A model generated the notes under the pieces. It searched no databases. It was not told the origin of the DNA and saw nothing but the letters and a program-made list of their open reading frames with translations. Source: Nitrospirota bacterium (GTDB taxonomy: Bacteria > Nitrospirota > Nitrospiria > 2-01-FULL-66-17). From it: 64,000 nt of DNA. Where the stretch lies: NCBI GenBank assembly GCA_049325335.1, contig JBMOMC010000038.1, positions 8,941 through 72,940 on the forward strand, given 5' to 3'. Made by a program: the position numbers and the translations under genes. Positions 9,842 to 19,225 of the stretch are shown here, piece after piece; the stretch's first letter is position 1, and every line of letters starts with the position of its first letter.

Positions 9842-11548
9842 ATGAGCGATCGACGTCCCATTCCCCCCGAATCCCGATCTCCGCGGTCTTCCGCGTCCGA
9901 CGAGTCCCTGTTGGGACTGATCGACCGGTGTCTTGCGTCGTTGCCGGAGAACGATCCGAAACAGAAGTGGCTGTACCGCATCCGTCACTTGGTGCTCCAG
10001 GACGAGCGCGCGCGGCGCGACGCCGAGACCGAGTCCCAGAAACTCAAAGGTGTGGTCGAGAAACTCACGGCGCCGGCCAACCGAATCGGCATCGTGGTCG
10101 GCGTGCCTGGAGCCGATGTTGTCCGCGTGGTGGTTGGCGGCGCGGAATACTGGGCGGGAGTTGATCCCCGACTCGCATGCGGCGACATCAAGATCGGGGT
10201 GCAGGTCCTGGTCAACGAAGCGTTTGCGGTCATCAAGGTGCTGGGGTACGAGTCCGGCGGTCCCGCGCTCCGAGTGGTGGACGCGCTCGCGGACGGCCGC
10301 ATCCGCATCGGGCAGGAGGCGGGCGGGCAGTCGTCGTTCGTGATCCGAAGCGCGGACCTCGTCGGGGTAGAGATTCACGCCGGGGACGAGGTGCGCGTGG
10401 ATTCGAGCCATCGCGTGGCCATCGAGCGCCTGGAGACCAAGGGCAGCCGCGACCGCGTGTTGGACGAGACGCCGGACGTGACGTGGGAGCAGATCGGCGG
10501 GCAACGCGAAGCCATTGCCGCGATCCGAAAATCCATCGAAGCGCCGCTCCTGCACGCGGACACGTTCGCGCGGTTTCAGTTCTCGCCGCCCAAGGGATTC
10601 CTGCTGTTCGGCCCTCCGGGCTGCGGCAAAACCATGATCGGTAAGGCCACGGCTGCGAGCCTGGCTGCGTCATTGGCCGCCGGCGCGCAAGGCGAGCAAG
10701 GCGAGAATGAGAAGGTACGCGGCGCGTTCCTGCACGTGAAAGGTCCCGAGATTCTCAACATGTGGCTGGGCGAGTCCGAGCGCCTGGTTCGCGACCTGTT
10801 CGCGCAGGCGCGCGCGCGGCGCAAGGCCGGCCTGTTGCCCGTGATCTTTATCGACGAAGCCGAGTCTATTCTGGGCACGCGGCGATCCGTGCGTGCGCTG
10901 AACATCGCCAACACATTGGTTCCCATGTTTTGCGCGGAGATGGACGGGGTCTCGTCGCTGCGCGACGTGGTGATCATCCTGGCGTCCAACCGGCCCGATT
11001 TGATCGACCCCGCGATTCTGCGTCCGGGCCGCATCGATCGCAAGATCAAGGTGACGCGGCCGGGGCGTGAGGATGCCGCCGAAATTTTCAAGCTCCATCT
11101 TGGAACCGTGCCGGTTGATCCCACTCTCGTGAAGGAACATGGCGACGAAGCAACGGCCCGCACCGCACTCGCAACCGTGGCGACCGACCAGGTGTTTGGG
11201 CGCAGCGCAGCGAATCGGGTGCTCGCAGTCCGCCTGCGCAGCGGGCTACGCGAGACCTTATATCGCGGCGACGTAGTCAGCGGCGCCATTCTCGCCGCGA
11301 TCGTCCAGCGCGCCAAGGAACGTGCGATCGAACGCGCCGTGGGCGGGGATCAGACGGCAGGAGTTGGCGTCGAGGATTTGACCGCAGCGATCGACGCGGA
11401 ATTTTCTCAGGGCGAGATTTTACCTCCCGACGACACCGCGGATGAGTGGTTGAAATTACTGGACCATGACCCACAACACGTGGTGGGCGTATCTTCCTTC
11501 CGTGCCGGGCGGGAAGGTGCTGAACGCCCCGTGCACGTTATCGTGTAA
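9842..11548 (+). CDS. arc: Proteasome-associated AAA ATPase (ARC/Mpa)
   Basis: N-terminal coiled coil and OB folds; GPPGCGKT; VKGPEILN; FIDEAE; LRPGRID; first gene of the proteasome operon. Confidence 0.92.
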   Translation: MSDRRPIPPESRSPRSSASDESLLGLIDRCLASLPENDPKQKWLYRIRHLVLQDERARRDAETESQKLKGVVEKLTAPANRIGIVVGVPGADVVRVVVGGAEYWAGVDPRLACGDIKIGVQVLVNEAFAVIKVLGYESGGPALRVVDALADGRIRIGQEAGGQSSFVIRSADLVGVEIHAGDEVRVDSSHRVAIERLETKGSRDRVLDETPDVTWEQIGGQREAIAAIRKSIEAPLLHADTFARFQFSPPKGFLLFGPPGCGKTMIGKATAASLAASLAAGAQGEQGENEKVRGAFLHVKGPEILNMWLGESERLVRDLFAQARARRKAGLLPVIFIDEAESILGTRRSVRALNIANTLVPMFCAEMDGVSSLRDVVIILASNRPDLIDPAILRPGRIDRKIKVTRPGREDAAEIFKLHLGTVPVDPTLVKEHGDEATARTALATVATDQVFGRSAANRVLAVRLRSGLRETLYRGDVVSGAILAAIVQRAKERAIERAVGGDQTAGVGVEDLTAAIDAEFSQGEILPPDDTADEWLKLLDHDPQHVVGVSSFRAGREGAERPVHVIV

Positions 11549-11555
11549 GAGCCTG

Positions 11556-13121
11556 ATGTCTTCGTCCTCCAATTCCGACTCTCCCGCCGTTGGCCTGATG
11601 GGTATCGAGACCGAGTACGGCGTCACGCGGGACGGGGTGGGGGAGGTGGACCACGTCGTGGAGTCCATGGAACTGGTGCGGGCCTATTTGGACCGTCCGT
11701 TTCGGCGGCAGTGGAATTACCGGGGCGAGAATCCGCACCGCGACGCGCGCGGGTTCAGCGTGGACCGGTTGGAGCAGGACGCGGAGGAAGACGAGTTCGT
11801 GGCGCGCGAGGCGTCGCGCAAGTTTTCGTTCGCGGACATGAAGAGCGACCTGGTTCTGGCGAACGGCGCGCGGTTTTACAACGACCACACGCATCCCGAG
11901 TACTCCACGCCGGAGTGCCGGTCGCTTCGCGATCTGGTGGCGCACGACCGGGCCGGGGAGTCGATCGTGTGGGAGGCGGTGCGACGCCGCAACCAACGGC
12001 TCGAAGCCGCGGGCAAACTCGGCGACGTGTCGGTCTACAAGAACAATACGGATTTTCACGGCCACAGCTACGGATGCCACGACAACTATCTGATGCCAAG
12101 GAGCGTGCCGTTCGAGCGGATCGCGGCCGGGCTGATTCCGTTTTTGATCTCCCGCCAAGTCTTCGCTGGCGCGGGCAAGGTGGGCGTGGAGTCGGGGAGC
12201 AGGCATACGCCCCAGGGCTACCAGCTCTCGCAGCGCGCCGATTTTATGGAGACCGAGTTGAGCGTGAACACCATGCACAACCGGCCCATCGTGAACACGC
12301 GCGACGAACCCCACGCCGACCCGTCGCGATTCCGGCGATTGCACTTGATCCTGGGCGACGCGAACATGTGTGAGTACGCCACGGCGCTGAAGGTGGGAAC
12401 CACGCGCGCGGTATTGGAATTGATCGCGCGCCATGCGGCGCCTGACGTGGCAGTCGCAAAACCGGTATTCGCGGCCAGGGCCATTTCGCTGGATCCCGAG
12501 TTGAAGGCGACGGTCGGGTTGCGTGACGGGCGGCTGATGAGTGGCCTGGAACTCCAACAGGCGTACCTTGATGCGGCACGACGACATCTCGCGGGCCTTG
12601 ATCAAGAAACCGATTGGCTACTCGGCGAGTGGGAATCCACCTTGGTTGCGTTGAGCCGCGATCGGTCGTCCTTGCGAGGGCGAATTGATTGGATCACTAA
12701 GCGGTGGCTGCTGGACACATTCGCCGAAGACGCCCATGTCGCGTGGGATGATCCGTGGCTGACCAGCCTTGATCTGGCATACCATCATCTGGACCCGGAA
12801 CGTGGGTTGTTTCGGGGATTGGAAGCGGAAGGTGCGACGGCGAGCGTCGCAACTCTCGAATCGGTTGATCGCGCGGTCCGCGAAGCGCCGAGCGACACTC
12901 GTGCCGCGATTCGCGGGTTGTGCGTGACGCGGTTCGGGAATGAGGTGGAATCCGTGCAGTGGGAACGCGTCACCGCGACGGACGGCGCGGTGTTGGATCT
13001 GAATGGTCTCGTGGACCCCGACGACGTGGCGCAGATATACGCCGTACTCCGCGAAGCACCAAGCCTCGCGGATGCAATCCGCGCGGTTCAGCAACCCTTG
13101 GCACAACGAGGTCACGCATGA
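11556..13121 (+). CDS. dop: Depupylase/deamidase Dop-like (PafA2 family)
   Basis: GIETEYG, NGARFYNDHTHPEYS, GHSYGCHDNY, NTRDEPHAD, RLHLILGDAN. Confidence 0.9.
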   Translation: MSSSSNSDSPAVGLMGIETEYGVTRDGVGEVDHVVESMELVRAYLDRPFRRQWNYRGENPHRDARGFSVDRLEQDAEEDEFVAREASRKFSFADMKSDLVLANGARFYNDHTHPEYSTPECRSLRDLVAHDRAGESIVWEAVRRRNQRLEAAGKLGDVSVYKNNTDFHGHSYGCHDNYLMPRSVPFERIAAGLIPFLISRQVFAGAGKVGVESGSRHTPQGYQLSQRADFMETELSVNTMHNRPIVNTRDEPHADPSRFRRLHLILGDANMCEYATALKVGTTRAVLELIARHAAPDVAVAKPVFAARAISLDPELKATVGLRDGRLMSGLELQQAYLDAARRHLAGLDQETDWLLGEWESTLVALSRDRSSLRGRIDWITKRWLLDTFAEDAHVAWDDPWLTSLDLAYHHLDPERGLFRGLEAEGATASVATLESVDRAVREAPSDTRAAIRGLCVTRFGNEVESVQWERVTATDGAVLDLNGLVDPDDVAQIYAVLREAPSLADAIRAVQQPLAQRGHA

Positions 13122-13300
13122 TGAACATGGATACGGAACGTCGCGAACGGCCGCTGGACCCGACGCCCAAACCCCGGGAAGAGGAACAGGGGCCAAAGCG
13201 TCCTGACGTGGGCTCGCCGGAGCGGGACAATCTAATGAAGCGGATGAGACAAGTCGATCCCAAACAGGCGGAGCGTTATCGGCAGCGAACCGGCGAGTAG
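13118..13300 (+). CDS. ubact: Ubiquitin-like protein UBact
   Basis: 60-aa charged, disordered-looking protein ending MRQVDPKQAERYRQRTGE; lies between dop and prcB; ATGA overlap with dop. Confidence 0.93.
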   Translation: MMNMDTERRERPLDPTPKPREEEQGPKRPDVGSPERDNLMKRMRQVDPKQAERYRQRTGE

Positions 13301-13307
13301 TGCTGTT

Positions 13308-13379
13308 TCGTAGGGGCGCACCGCGTGCGCCCGATGTTTGTCCGGACCGAAGGCGGGCGCACGCGGTGCGCCCCTACGA
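13308..13379. repeat. GTAG-family REP doublet (REPIN)
   Basis: Perfect 26-bp inverted repeat TCGTAGGGGCGCACCGCGTGCGCCCG at 13308-13333 and 13354-13379. Confidence 0.85.
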
Positions 13380-13391
13380 GAAAGGGAATCG

Positions 13392-14168
13392 GTGCGAGGG
13401 GATTTTCTCGAAGTGTTGAAGTCGAATGGCTATGCGTGGACGCCGCAAGTGACGGGCGGGGTGGTCAATCCCGCGGCGATTACGCACGGGACCACGGTGA
13501 TCGCGATGAAGTATCGCGACGGGGTCATTGTCGCGGGGGATCGGCGGGCGACCGCGGGTAATGTGGTGATGCACGATCGGACCGAGAAGGTGCTGGATCT
13601 GGATCGGCACAGCGTGCTGGCGATCGCGGGGGTGCCGGCCACCGCGTTTGAGATGGCGCGGGTGCTCGATCACTCGTTCAAGTACTATCGCCGCAGCCAG
13701 CTCCAGGATTTGAGTCTGGAAGGCAAGTTGCGCGCGTTGTCCAAGCTTCTACGTGAAAACGTGCCCATGGCGGTGCAGGGCATCGGCGCGGTGGCGCCGA
13801 TCTTTGCCGGGTACGACCTCGACACCAACGCGGCCAAGATCTTTTTCTACGACATCTTGGGCGCGGAGTTCGAAGGCGTGGAGTACGCGGTGTCGGGGTC
13901 CGGGTCGCCAACGATCCGCGGCATCGTGTATTACCTGCACCGCTGGGGACCGCAACGCGTGGCTGACCTCGTTGCGAATGACGCGACCGTGTTGGCGCTC
14001 CGACTGTTGGATAGCGCCGCGGAGTTCGACTCCGCCACTGGCGGGGTCAAGGGCACGGACGGCTTGTATCCCGTGGTGAAATTGATCACGCGAGACGGGA
14101 TCACGCCGGTACCGGTGGACCATCTCCGTCGGTTGTACGCCGATCAGGTGGAGGCGCGAGATGTTTGA
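13392..14168 (+). CDS. prcB: 20S proteasome beta subunit
   Basis: Propeptide then HG|TTVIA (Thr1), AGDRRAT, SGSGS, DSATGG; GTG start with AAGGGA RBS. Confidence 0.92.
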   Translation: MRGDFLEVLKSNGYAWTPQVTGGVVNPAAITHGTTVIAMKYRDGVIVAGDRRATAGNVVMHDRTEKVLDLDRHSVLAIAGVPATAFEMARVLDHSFKYYRRSQLQDLSLEGKLRALSKLLRENVPMAVQGIGAVAPIFAGYDLDTNAAKIFFYDILGAEFEGVEYAVSGSGSPTIRGIVYYLHRWGPQRVADLVANDATVLALRLLDSAAEFDSATGGVKGTDGLYPVVKLITRDGITPVPVDHLRRLYADQVEARDV

Positions 14169-14940
14169 GGAGCCGTACCGCTGGACCGAGGCGGTCGGCA
14201 ACCGCCGCGCGTACGTTGACGCGCAGTTCGCGCAAGGCAGCCCGGTGGCGGCGTTGTCGTACCGCGACGGCGTGGTACTGGCCACGTTTCAACGTGGGAT
14301 TCCCAAACTCTACGAGGTCTACGACCGCATTGCCTTGGGCGGTCTCGGTCATCCCGCGGATCTGGAATCCTTGCGCGCGGCCGCGTTGGACATGGCGCAC
14401 GTGGAGGGGTTCAATCGCTCGCCGTCGGACGTGACCGCCATGCGCCTGGTCAAGTACGGCCTCGCGCCCATCGCCAAACGCGCGTACGAGGAATTGTTTC
14501 GGGCTCCGCTGCTCGCGCGGGTGCTGTTGGCGCAGGTCGGGGCCACGCGTGCGCAGGATGTCTTGGTGACATTGGATTATGACGGCGGGTTCGAAACCGT
14601 ATCGGGGCGCGCGGCCGTGGCGCCCTCGTCCGAAGCGTCCCTGGCCATGCTCGCCCGGTTGGACGCGGCCGGGCCGTGGGACGACGCGCCGCTCGCGCAG
14701 GCGTTGCCCGCCGCGCTGCGAGCCTGGGCCGTGGGGGACCTCGCGCAGTCCTCGGACGTTGCCGCGCCCGCTCCGGACGATGCGCGGCTGACCGAACACC
14801 TCAAGGCGTGCTGCGCGGACCGGCGGATCGAAGTCGCGGTGCTGGATCGCGCGCTGCCGGGAAGTTCCAAGTACCGGGCGCTCTCGCCGGACGAAGTCTC
14901 GCAGACACTCGTTCCTTGGCTGGGCGAGGCGGCGCGTTAG
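14161..14940 (+). CDS. prcA: 20S proteasome alpha subunit
   Basis: GSPVAAL, KLYEVYDRIA, EVAVLDR; overlaps prcB. Confidence 0.9.
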   Translation: MFEEPYRWTEAVGNRRAYVDAQFAQGSPVAALSYRDGVVLATFQRGIPKLYEVYDRIALGGLGHPADLESLRAAALDMAHVEGFNRSPSDVTAMRLVKYGLAPIAKRAYEELFRAPLLARVLLAQVGATRAQDVLVTLDYDGGFETVSGRAAVAPSSEASLAMLARLDAAGPWDDAPLAQALPAALRAWAVGDLAQSSDVAAPAPDDARLTEHLKACCADRRIEVAVLDRALPGSSKYRALSPDEVSQTLVPWLGEAAR

Positions 14941-14952
14941 CGCCGGCGTCCC

Positions 14953-16362
14953 GTGCTCGACCGCATCGTCGGCGTTGAAACCGAGTACGGCGTTCTGGCG
15001 CACGCCGACAACCGGTTTCGCGCGCCCGAACGCATCGCCCACCGCGTGCGCGACGTGGTGTTTCACGAACAGCGGCGCGGGGTGATCGACCTTCACCACC
15101 GCGATTACGACGAACCCGTGGGCAACGGCGGGTTCCTGCTCAACGCGGGCCGGCTGTACGTGGACATGGGGCACATCGAGTACGCGAGCCCGGAGTGCGC
15201 CACGCTCGCGGACGCGGTGGCGTACGAACGTGCGGGCGATCTGATCGTGCAGCGCGCGTTGGAGGCCGCGGGTTTGGCCGACGAGGCGTCGATGATCAAG
15301 AACAACATCGACCACGAAACCGACGCCACGTTCGGGTCTCACGAAAACTACCTGGTGCGCCGGTCATTCCCGTTCACGCGGGAAGGGCTCAATCGCCTGG
15401 TGCCGTTTTTGGTCACGCGCCAGATTTTCGCCGGGGCTGGACGGGTCGGGGCCGCGCGCTCCGCATCGGGGCTGGTGCGAATCGGCGAAGACGCGGAGCG
15501 GCCCGACGTGGATTTTCAGATCGCGCAGCGGTCCGACCATATCGTCAATGAGTTTTTCCAGTGGGTGCAGGGCAATCGGGCGATTGTGAACACGCGCGAC
15601 GAGCCGCTCGCGGACCCCGAGAAATATCGACGCATTCATTTGCTGCTGGGCGATTCGAACCTGTGCGAGGTCGCCATGGCGCTCAAGATTGGCACGACCT
15701 CGCTGGTATTGCGGTTGATCGAGGATCACGCGTGTCCGGACGACCTGGCGTTGACCGACGCGGTGGACGCGCTGCACGCGATCTCGCGCGATCCCGAGCG
15801 GCGATGGCTGGTGGAGTTGGAGGACGGACGCACCATGTCCGCGATCGACGTGCAGGAGCGGTACGCGGAGGCTGCGCGGGCGCGGTATTTCGGGCGGGAC
15901 GAGGAAATGGATTGGGTGCTCGATGAGTGGGAGCGCGTGCTGGTTGATCTGCGCGGCGACTACGACGCGCTGGTTGGGCGGGTGGATTGGGCGTCCAAAC
16001 TCTGGCTCTTAGAACACTTCCGGCGCGCGGAAGGACTCCACTGGCACGACCGGTGGATCAAGAGTCTGGATCTGGCGTACCACAACCTTGAGCCGTCGCG
16101 CGGACTGTATTTTGCGTTGGCGGACGAGGGGCGGGTGCGTCGGTACGTCACGGACGAAGCGGCAGACCTGGCCGCGGACAACCCCCCGCGGAACACGCGC
16201 GCGTTCGGCCGGGGCGAAGCCATTCGCCGGATGATGGCCGGCGACGCGCGCTACGTCATCACCTGGTCGGGCCTGATGGTCGAGGGCAAGCCGCCGTTGC
16301 GAATGCCGGATCCGTTCAAGACGTATACGGACGCGGTCGCCGCCCAACTCGGCGCGGCCTGA
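14953..16362 (+). CDS. pafA: Pup/UBact-protein ligase PafA-like
   Basis: GVETEYG, GGFLLNAGRLYVD, FGSHENY, NTRDEPLAD, DLAYH, MPDPF. Confidence 0.88.
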   Translation: MLDRIVGVETEYGVLAHADNRFRAPERIAHRVRDVVFHEQRRGVIDLHHRDYDEPVGNGGFLLNAGRLYVDMGHIEYASPECATLADAVAYERAGDLIVQRALEAAGLADEASMIKNNIDHETDATFGSHENYLVRRSFPFTREGLNRLVPFLVTRQIFAGAGRVGAARSASGLVRIGEDAERPDVDFQIAQRSDHIVNEFFQWVQGNRAIVNTRDEPLADPEKYRRIHLLLGDSNLCEVAMALKIGTTSLVLRLIEDHACPDDLALTDAVDALHAISRDPERRWLVELEDGRTMSAIDVQERYAEAARARYFGRDEEMDWVLDEWERVLVDLRGDYDALVGRVDWASKLWLLEHFRRAEGLHWHDRWIKSLDLAYHNLEPSRGLYFALADEGRVRRYVTDEAADLAADNPPRNTRAFGRGEAIRRMMAGDARYVITWSGLMVEGKPPLRMPDPFKTYTDAVAAQLGAA

Positions 16363-16365
16363 CGG

Positions 16366-16490
16366 CAGCAGGTTGCTGAAAAAGTCCGTCTGCTGCGTTC
16401 TCGTTCGTCGGAACTCCTCGCGTACGACTCAGTACGCTCCGGGTTCCTCCTCACTGCAGCCTTGCGGCCGGAGCTTTTTGAGCAGCCTGT
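16366..16490. repeat. ~125-bp palindromic MITE-like repeat
   Basis: Terminal inverted repeats CAGGTTGCTGAAAAAG...CTTTTTGAGCAGCCTG around a central CGTAC-GACTCA-GTACG hairpin. Confidence 0.8.
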
Positions 16491-16504
16491 TAGAACCTAG
16501 GATA

Positions 16505-17155
16505 TTAGAACCGGTAGCCTACGGACATTCCGATCCCTGGATACGCCCCCCGCATGCGCGAGTAGATCAGTTCCCAGTGCAGGGCCTTGGGGCGATCGAG
16601 GCGAGTGACGCGGCCCACGCTCAAGGCGTAGTAGTTGCGAGAGGCTAAGGTGTCGTCTCCTGATTGGCCGTGCAGGTCAAATCCCAGCCGTCCGGCGACG
16701 AACATATCGGGAAATCGTTTCACCGGACGCGATTCGACGGCCCAGTACACGGGAAGAAAACTGAAGGCGTTTGAGTCGGCCTGAGATTGAAAAAGGTCTA
16801 GGTCGATTCCCGGGCCGCCAAGGAGGTCGTAGGGCAACGGCGCGCGCATCTCGGCAGAAACCCCGACCCCGATCCGCGATCGGTCTCCACGCCGGTAAGC
16901 GATCGTCGAACGCACTACATACTCGCGTTGTTCGATCGTGAGGCTGGTTGGGGTTCCCGGCGCGGTTTGGGGGCTGGTGGCAGGCTGCGTGGGCGGACTT
17001 GCCGTAGGGGCCGGACTCGGCGTCGTCGCCGGCGGCGGTGTCTGGGGTTCCGCGGCCCATCCCGCTGCGGCGAGGATCCATACGCTGAAAGTCAGGGATG
17101 CGGCGGTTGAGAGGGAGGACCGCGTGATGACACACCCGCGATTTGTCCAGTGCAT
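16505..17155 (-). CDS. Probable small outer-membrane beta-barrel protein
   Basis: Signal-like N-terminus, Pro/Thr linker, amphipathic strands, C-terminal SVGYRF; start uncertain. Confidence 0.6.
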   Translation of the reverse strand: MHWTNRGCVITRSSLSTAASLTFSVWILAAAGWAAEPQTPPPATTPSPAPTASPPTQPATSPQTAPGTPTSLTIEQREYVVRSTIAYRRGDRSRIGVGVSAEMRAPLPYDLLGGPGIDLDLFQSQADSNAFSFLPVYWAVESRPVKRFPDMFVAGRLGFDLHGQSGDDTLASRNYYALSVGRVTRLDRPKALHWELIYSRMRGAYPGIGMSVGYRF

Positions 17156-17296
17156 TGAGCCGATAACGGTTCCTGTGTCGGTCACGAACAATACGAGCGA
17201 AGGCCCTCCTGCTTGGACATCGAGCCCCGCGAAAATCATCCCAGACTAGCACAGTTGATGGCGTGTTGGATAGGTGCCCTCTCGGCGTGTTCGTCC

Positions 17297-17325
17297 TTGA
17301 GGACGCGCAGCTCCGGTGTTATAAT
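17297..17325 (+). promoter_or_regulatory. sigma70 promoter of the btuF-like/ABC operon
   Basis: TTGAGG-N17-TATAAT with an extended -10 TG. Confidence 0.6.
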
Positions 17326-17357
17326 CGCGCGCTTTCGACGGTTGATCATCCCTGGAA

Positions 17358-18203
17358 ATGGATACGATACGCCTGTCTTCTCAGCGATGGAACGGCGCTC
17401 GCGGGCCGCGACGGATCGTGTGCCTCACGCCGGAAAGCGCGGACATTCTGTACGCGCTTGGCGCGGGGGAGCGCGTGGTCGGCGTCAGCGGGTACACCGT
17501 GACGCCGCCGGAGGCTCGCCGAAAACCCAAAGTGGGGGCGTATACCACGGTGGATATTGATCGGGTGACGGCGCTCGAACCGGATCTGGTGGTCGCGTAT
17601 TCGGATTTGCAGGCCGACGTCACCGCGGCGCTGACCAGGCGCGGCGCGACCGTGTTGCACCTGAACCAACGCACGTTCGACGGCTTGTGCCATGCCGTGG
17701 AACTGCTGGGAGGCGTGGTCGGGGAACCGGACGCCGCCGTCGAATTGATCGGTCGCATCCGCGGCGAGTGCGCGTCGGCCAGCCGGGCCGCGCGGTCGTT
17801 GCCGCGACGGCCGAGAGTGTACTTTGAGGAGTGGGACGATCCCTTGATTTCCGGTATTGGGTGGGTCAGCGAAGCGGTGGCCATCGCGGGCGGCGACGAC
17901 GTGTTCGCGGATCTGAATCGCTCCGGCGCTGCGCGCGAGCGGGTGGTGTCCGCGGATGAGGTGCGCCGCCGCGACCCGGACATCGTGTTCGCGTCATGGT
18001 GCGGCAAAAAAGTCCGGACCGAACGGATCGCGGCGCGGCCGGGCTGGCAAGACATCGCGGCGATTCGCGACGGACACGTCTACGAGATCAAGTCCGCGTA
18101 TATTCTTCAGCCGGGTCCCAGCGTGTTGACCGGGGTGCGCCAGATGGCGGATCGCATCGCGGCGTGGTCGACCGGCGCTCCGGGAGCGGCGCGTCCCTCG
18201 TGA
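17358..18203 (+). CDS. Cobalamin/Fe-siderophore-type binding protein (BtuF-like)
   Basis: PRRIVCLTPE, VVGVSGY, PRVYFEEWDDP, ASWCGK, ILQPGP. Confidence 0.85.
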   Translation: MDTIRLSSQRWNGARGPRRIVCLTPESADILYALGAGERVVGVSGYTVTPPEARRKPKVGAYTTVDIDRVTALEPDLVVAYSDLQADVTAALTRRGATVLHLNQRTFDGLCHAVELLGGVVGEPDAAVELIGRIRGECASASRAARSLPRRPRVYFEEWDDPLISGIGWVSEAVAIAGGDDVFADLNRSGAARERVVSADEVRRRDPDIVFASWCGKKVRTERIAARPGWQDIAAIRDGHVYEIKSAYILQPGPSVLTGVRQMADRIAAWSTGAPGAARPS

Positions 18204-19162
18204 GCCGGTCCGCGATCATCACCGCCTCAGGACTCGTCAAGCGGTTCGGCAAAACCGCGGCGGTGGACGGCCTGTCCCTCGAAATGTACGAGGGCGAGGT
18301 CTTCGGCCTACTCGGTCCCAACGGCGCGGGCAAAACCACCACGATGCGCATGCTCATTACGTTGCTCCGGCCCGATGCCGGCGAGATCGTGGTGGGCGGG
18401 TGCCGGGTGCGGGATGAGGCGGAGCGCGTACGGAGTCTGATCGGCTATATTCCGCAGGAGCGCGCCATCGATCGCGCGCTCACGGGGCGCGAGCACCTCG
18501 CGTTGTTCGCGGATTTGTACCACCTGCCAAAAGCCGAAGGCCGCGAACGGTCCCGATGGGCGTTGAAGATGGTGGACCTGGAGGACCGCGCGGACGAGGT
18601 GGTCATGAATTACTCCGGTGGGATGAAGAAACGCCTGGAGATCGCGTGCGGGTTGATCCATCGTCCCAAGATTCTGTTCCTGGACGAGCCCACCTTAGGG
18701 CTCGACGTGGAGAGTCGGACCTTGATCTGGCGGCATATCCGCGAGCTCAAATCACAGGGCATGACCATGGTGATGAGCACGAATTACTTGGATGAGGCGG
18801 ATCAGTTGTGCGACCGCATCGCGATCATCGCGCAGGGCAAGTTGGCTGCGCTGGGAACCCCGCGCCAACTCAAAGAGAGCCTGCAGGGCGATGTGTTGTC
18901 GCTCACGCCCGAAGGGGCGGACACGGCGTCGCTCGAACGCCTGGCGATCGCGCTCAAAGGGTTGGAGGGCGTGGTGAACGTGGTGCGCCGCGAAGGCTCG
19001 CTCGAACTTCGGGTCACGCCGTCTCGCGCGATTCTCAACCGTGTGTTGGATGCGGTGGCCACGCAGGGTGCTCGCTTGGAGGCCATTCAGTACACGAGGC
19101 CGAGCCTGGAGAAGGTGTTTATCCACTACACGGGGCGGCAGATCAAGGACGAGTGGGCGTAG
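18200..19162 (+). CDS. ABC exporter ATP-binding subunit (DrrA-like)
   Basis: GPNGAGKTT, YSGGM, LFLDEPT; GTGA overlap with the upstream gene. Confidence 0.92.
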   Translation: MSRSAIITASGLVKRFGKTAAVDGLSLEMYEGEVFGLLGPNGAGKTTTMRMLITLLRPDAGEIVVGGCRVRDEAERVRSLIGYIPQERAIDRALTGREHLALFADLYHLPKAEGRERSRWALKMVDLEDRADEVVMNYSGGMKKRLEIACGLIHRPKILFLDEPTLGLDVESRTLIWRHIRELKSQGMTMVMSTNYLDEADQLCDRIAIIAQGKLAALGTPRQLKESLQGDVLSLTPEGADTASLERLAIALKGLEGVVNVVRREGSLELRVTPSRAILNRVLDAVATQGARLEAIQYTRPSLEKVFIHYTGRQIKDEWA

Positions 19163-19225
19163 TAAGTGATTGAGCCGGTGACCGGGGGAACCGGGGAACC
19201 GGAGAAAACACGAACAGGACACACG

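Noticed and set aside
13338..13391. Longer prcB N-terminus from the ORF track
   Set aside because: It runs through the REP doublet; GTG 13392 has an RBS
17160..17357. Cobalamin riboswitch upstream of the btuF-like gene
   Set aside because: No B12-box was recognised, and the promoter lies only ~30 nt from the start codon
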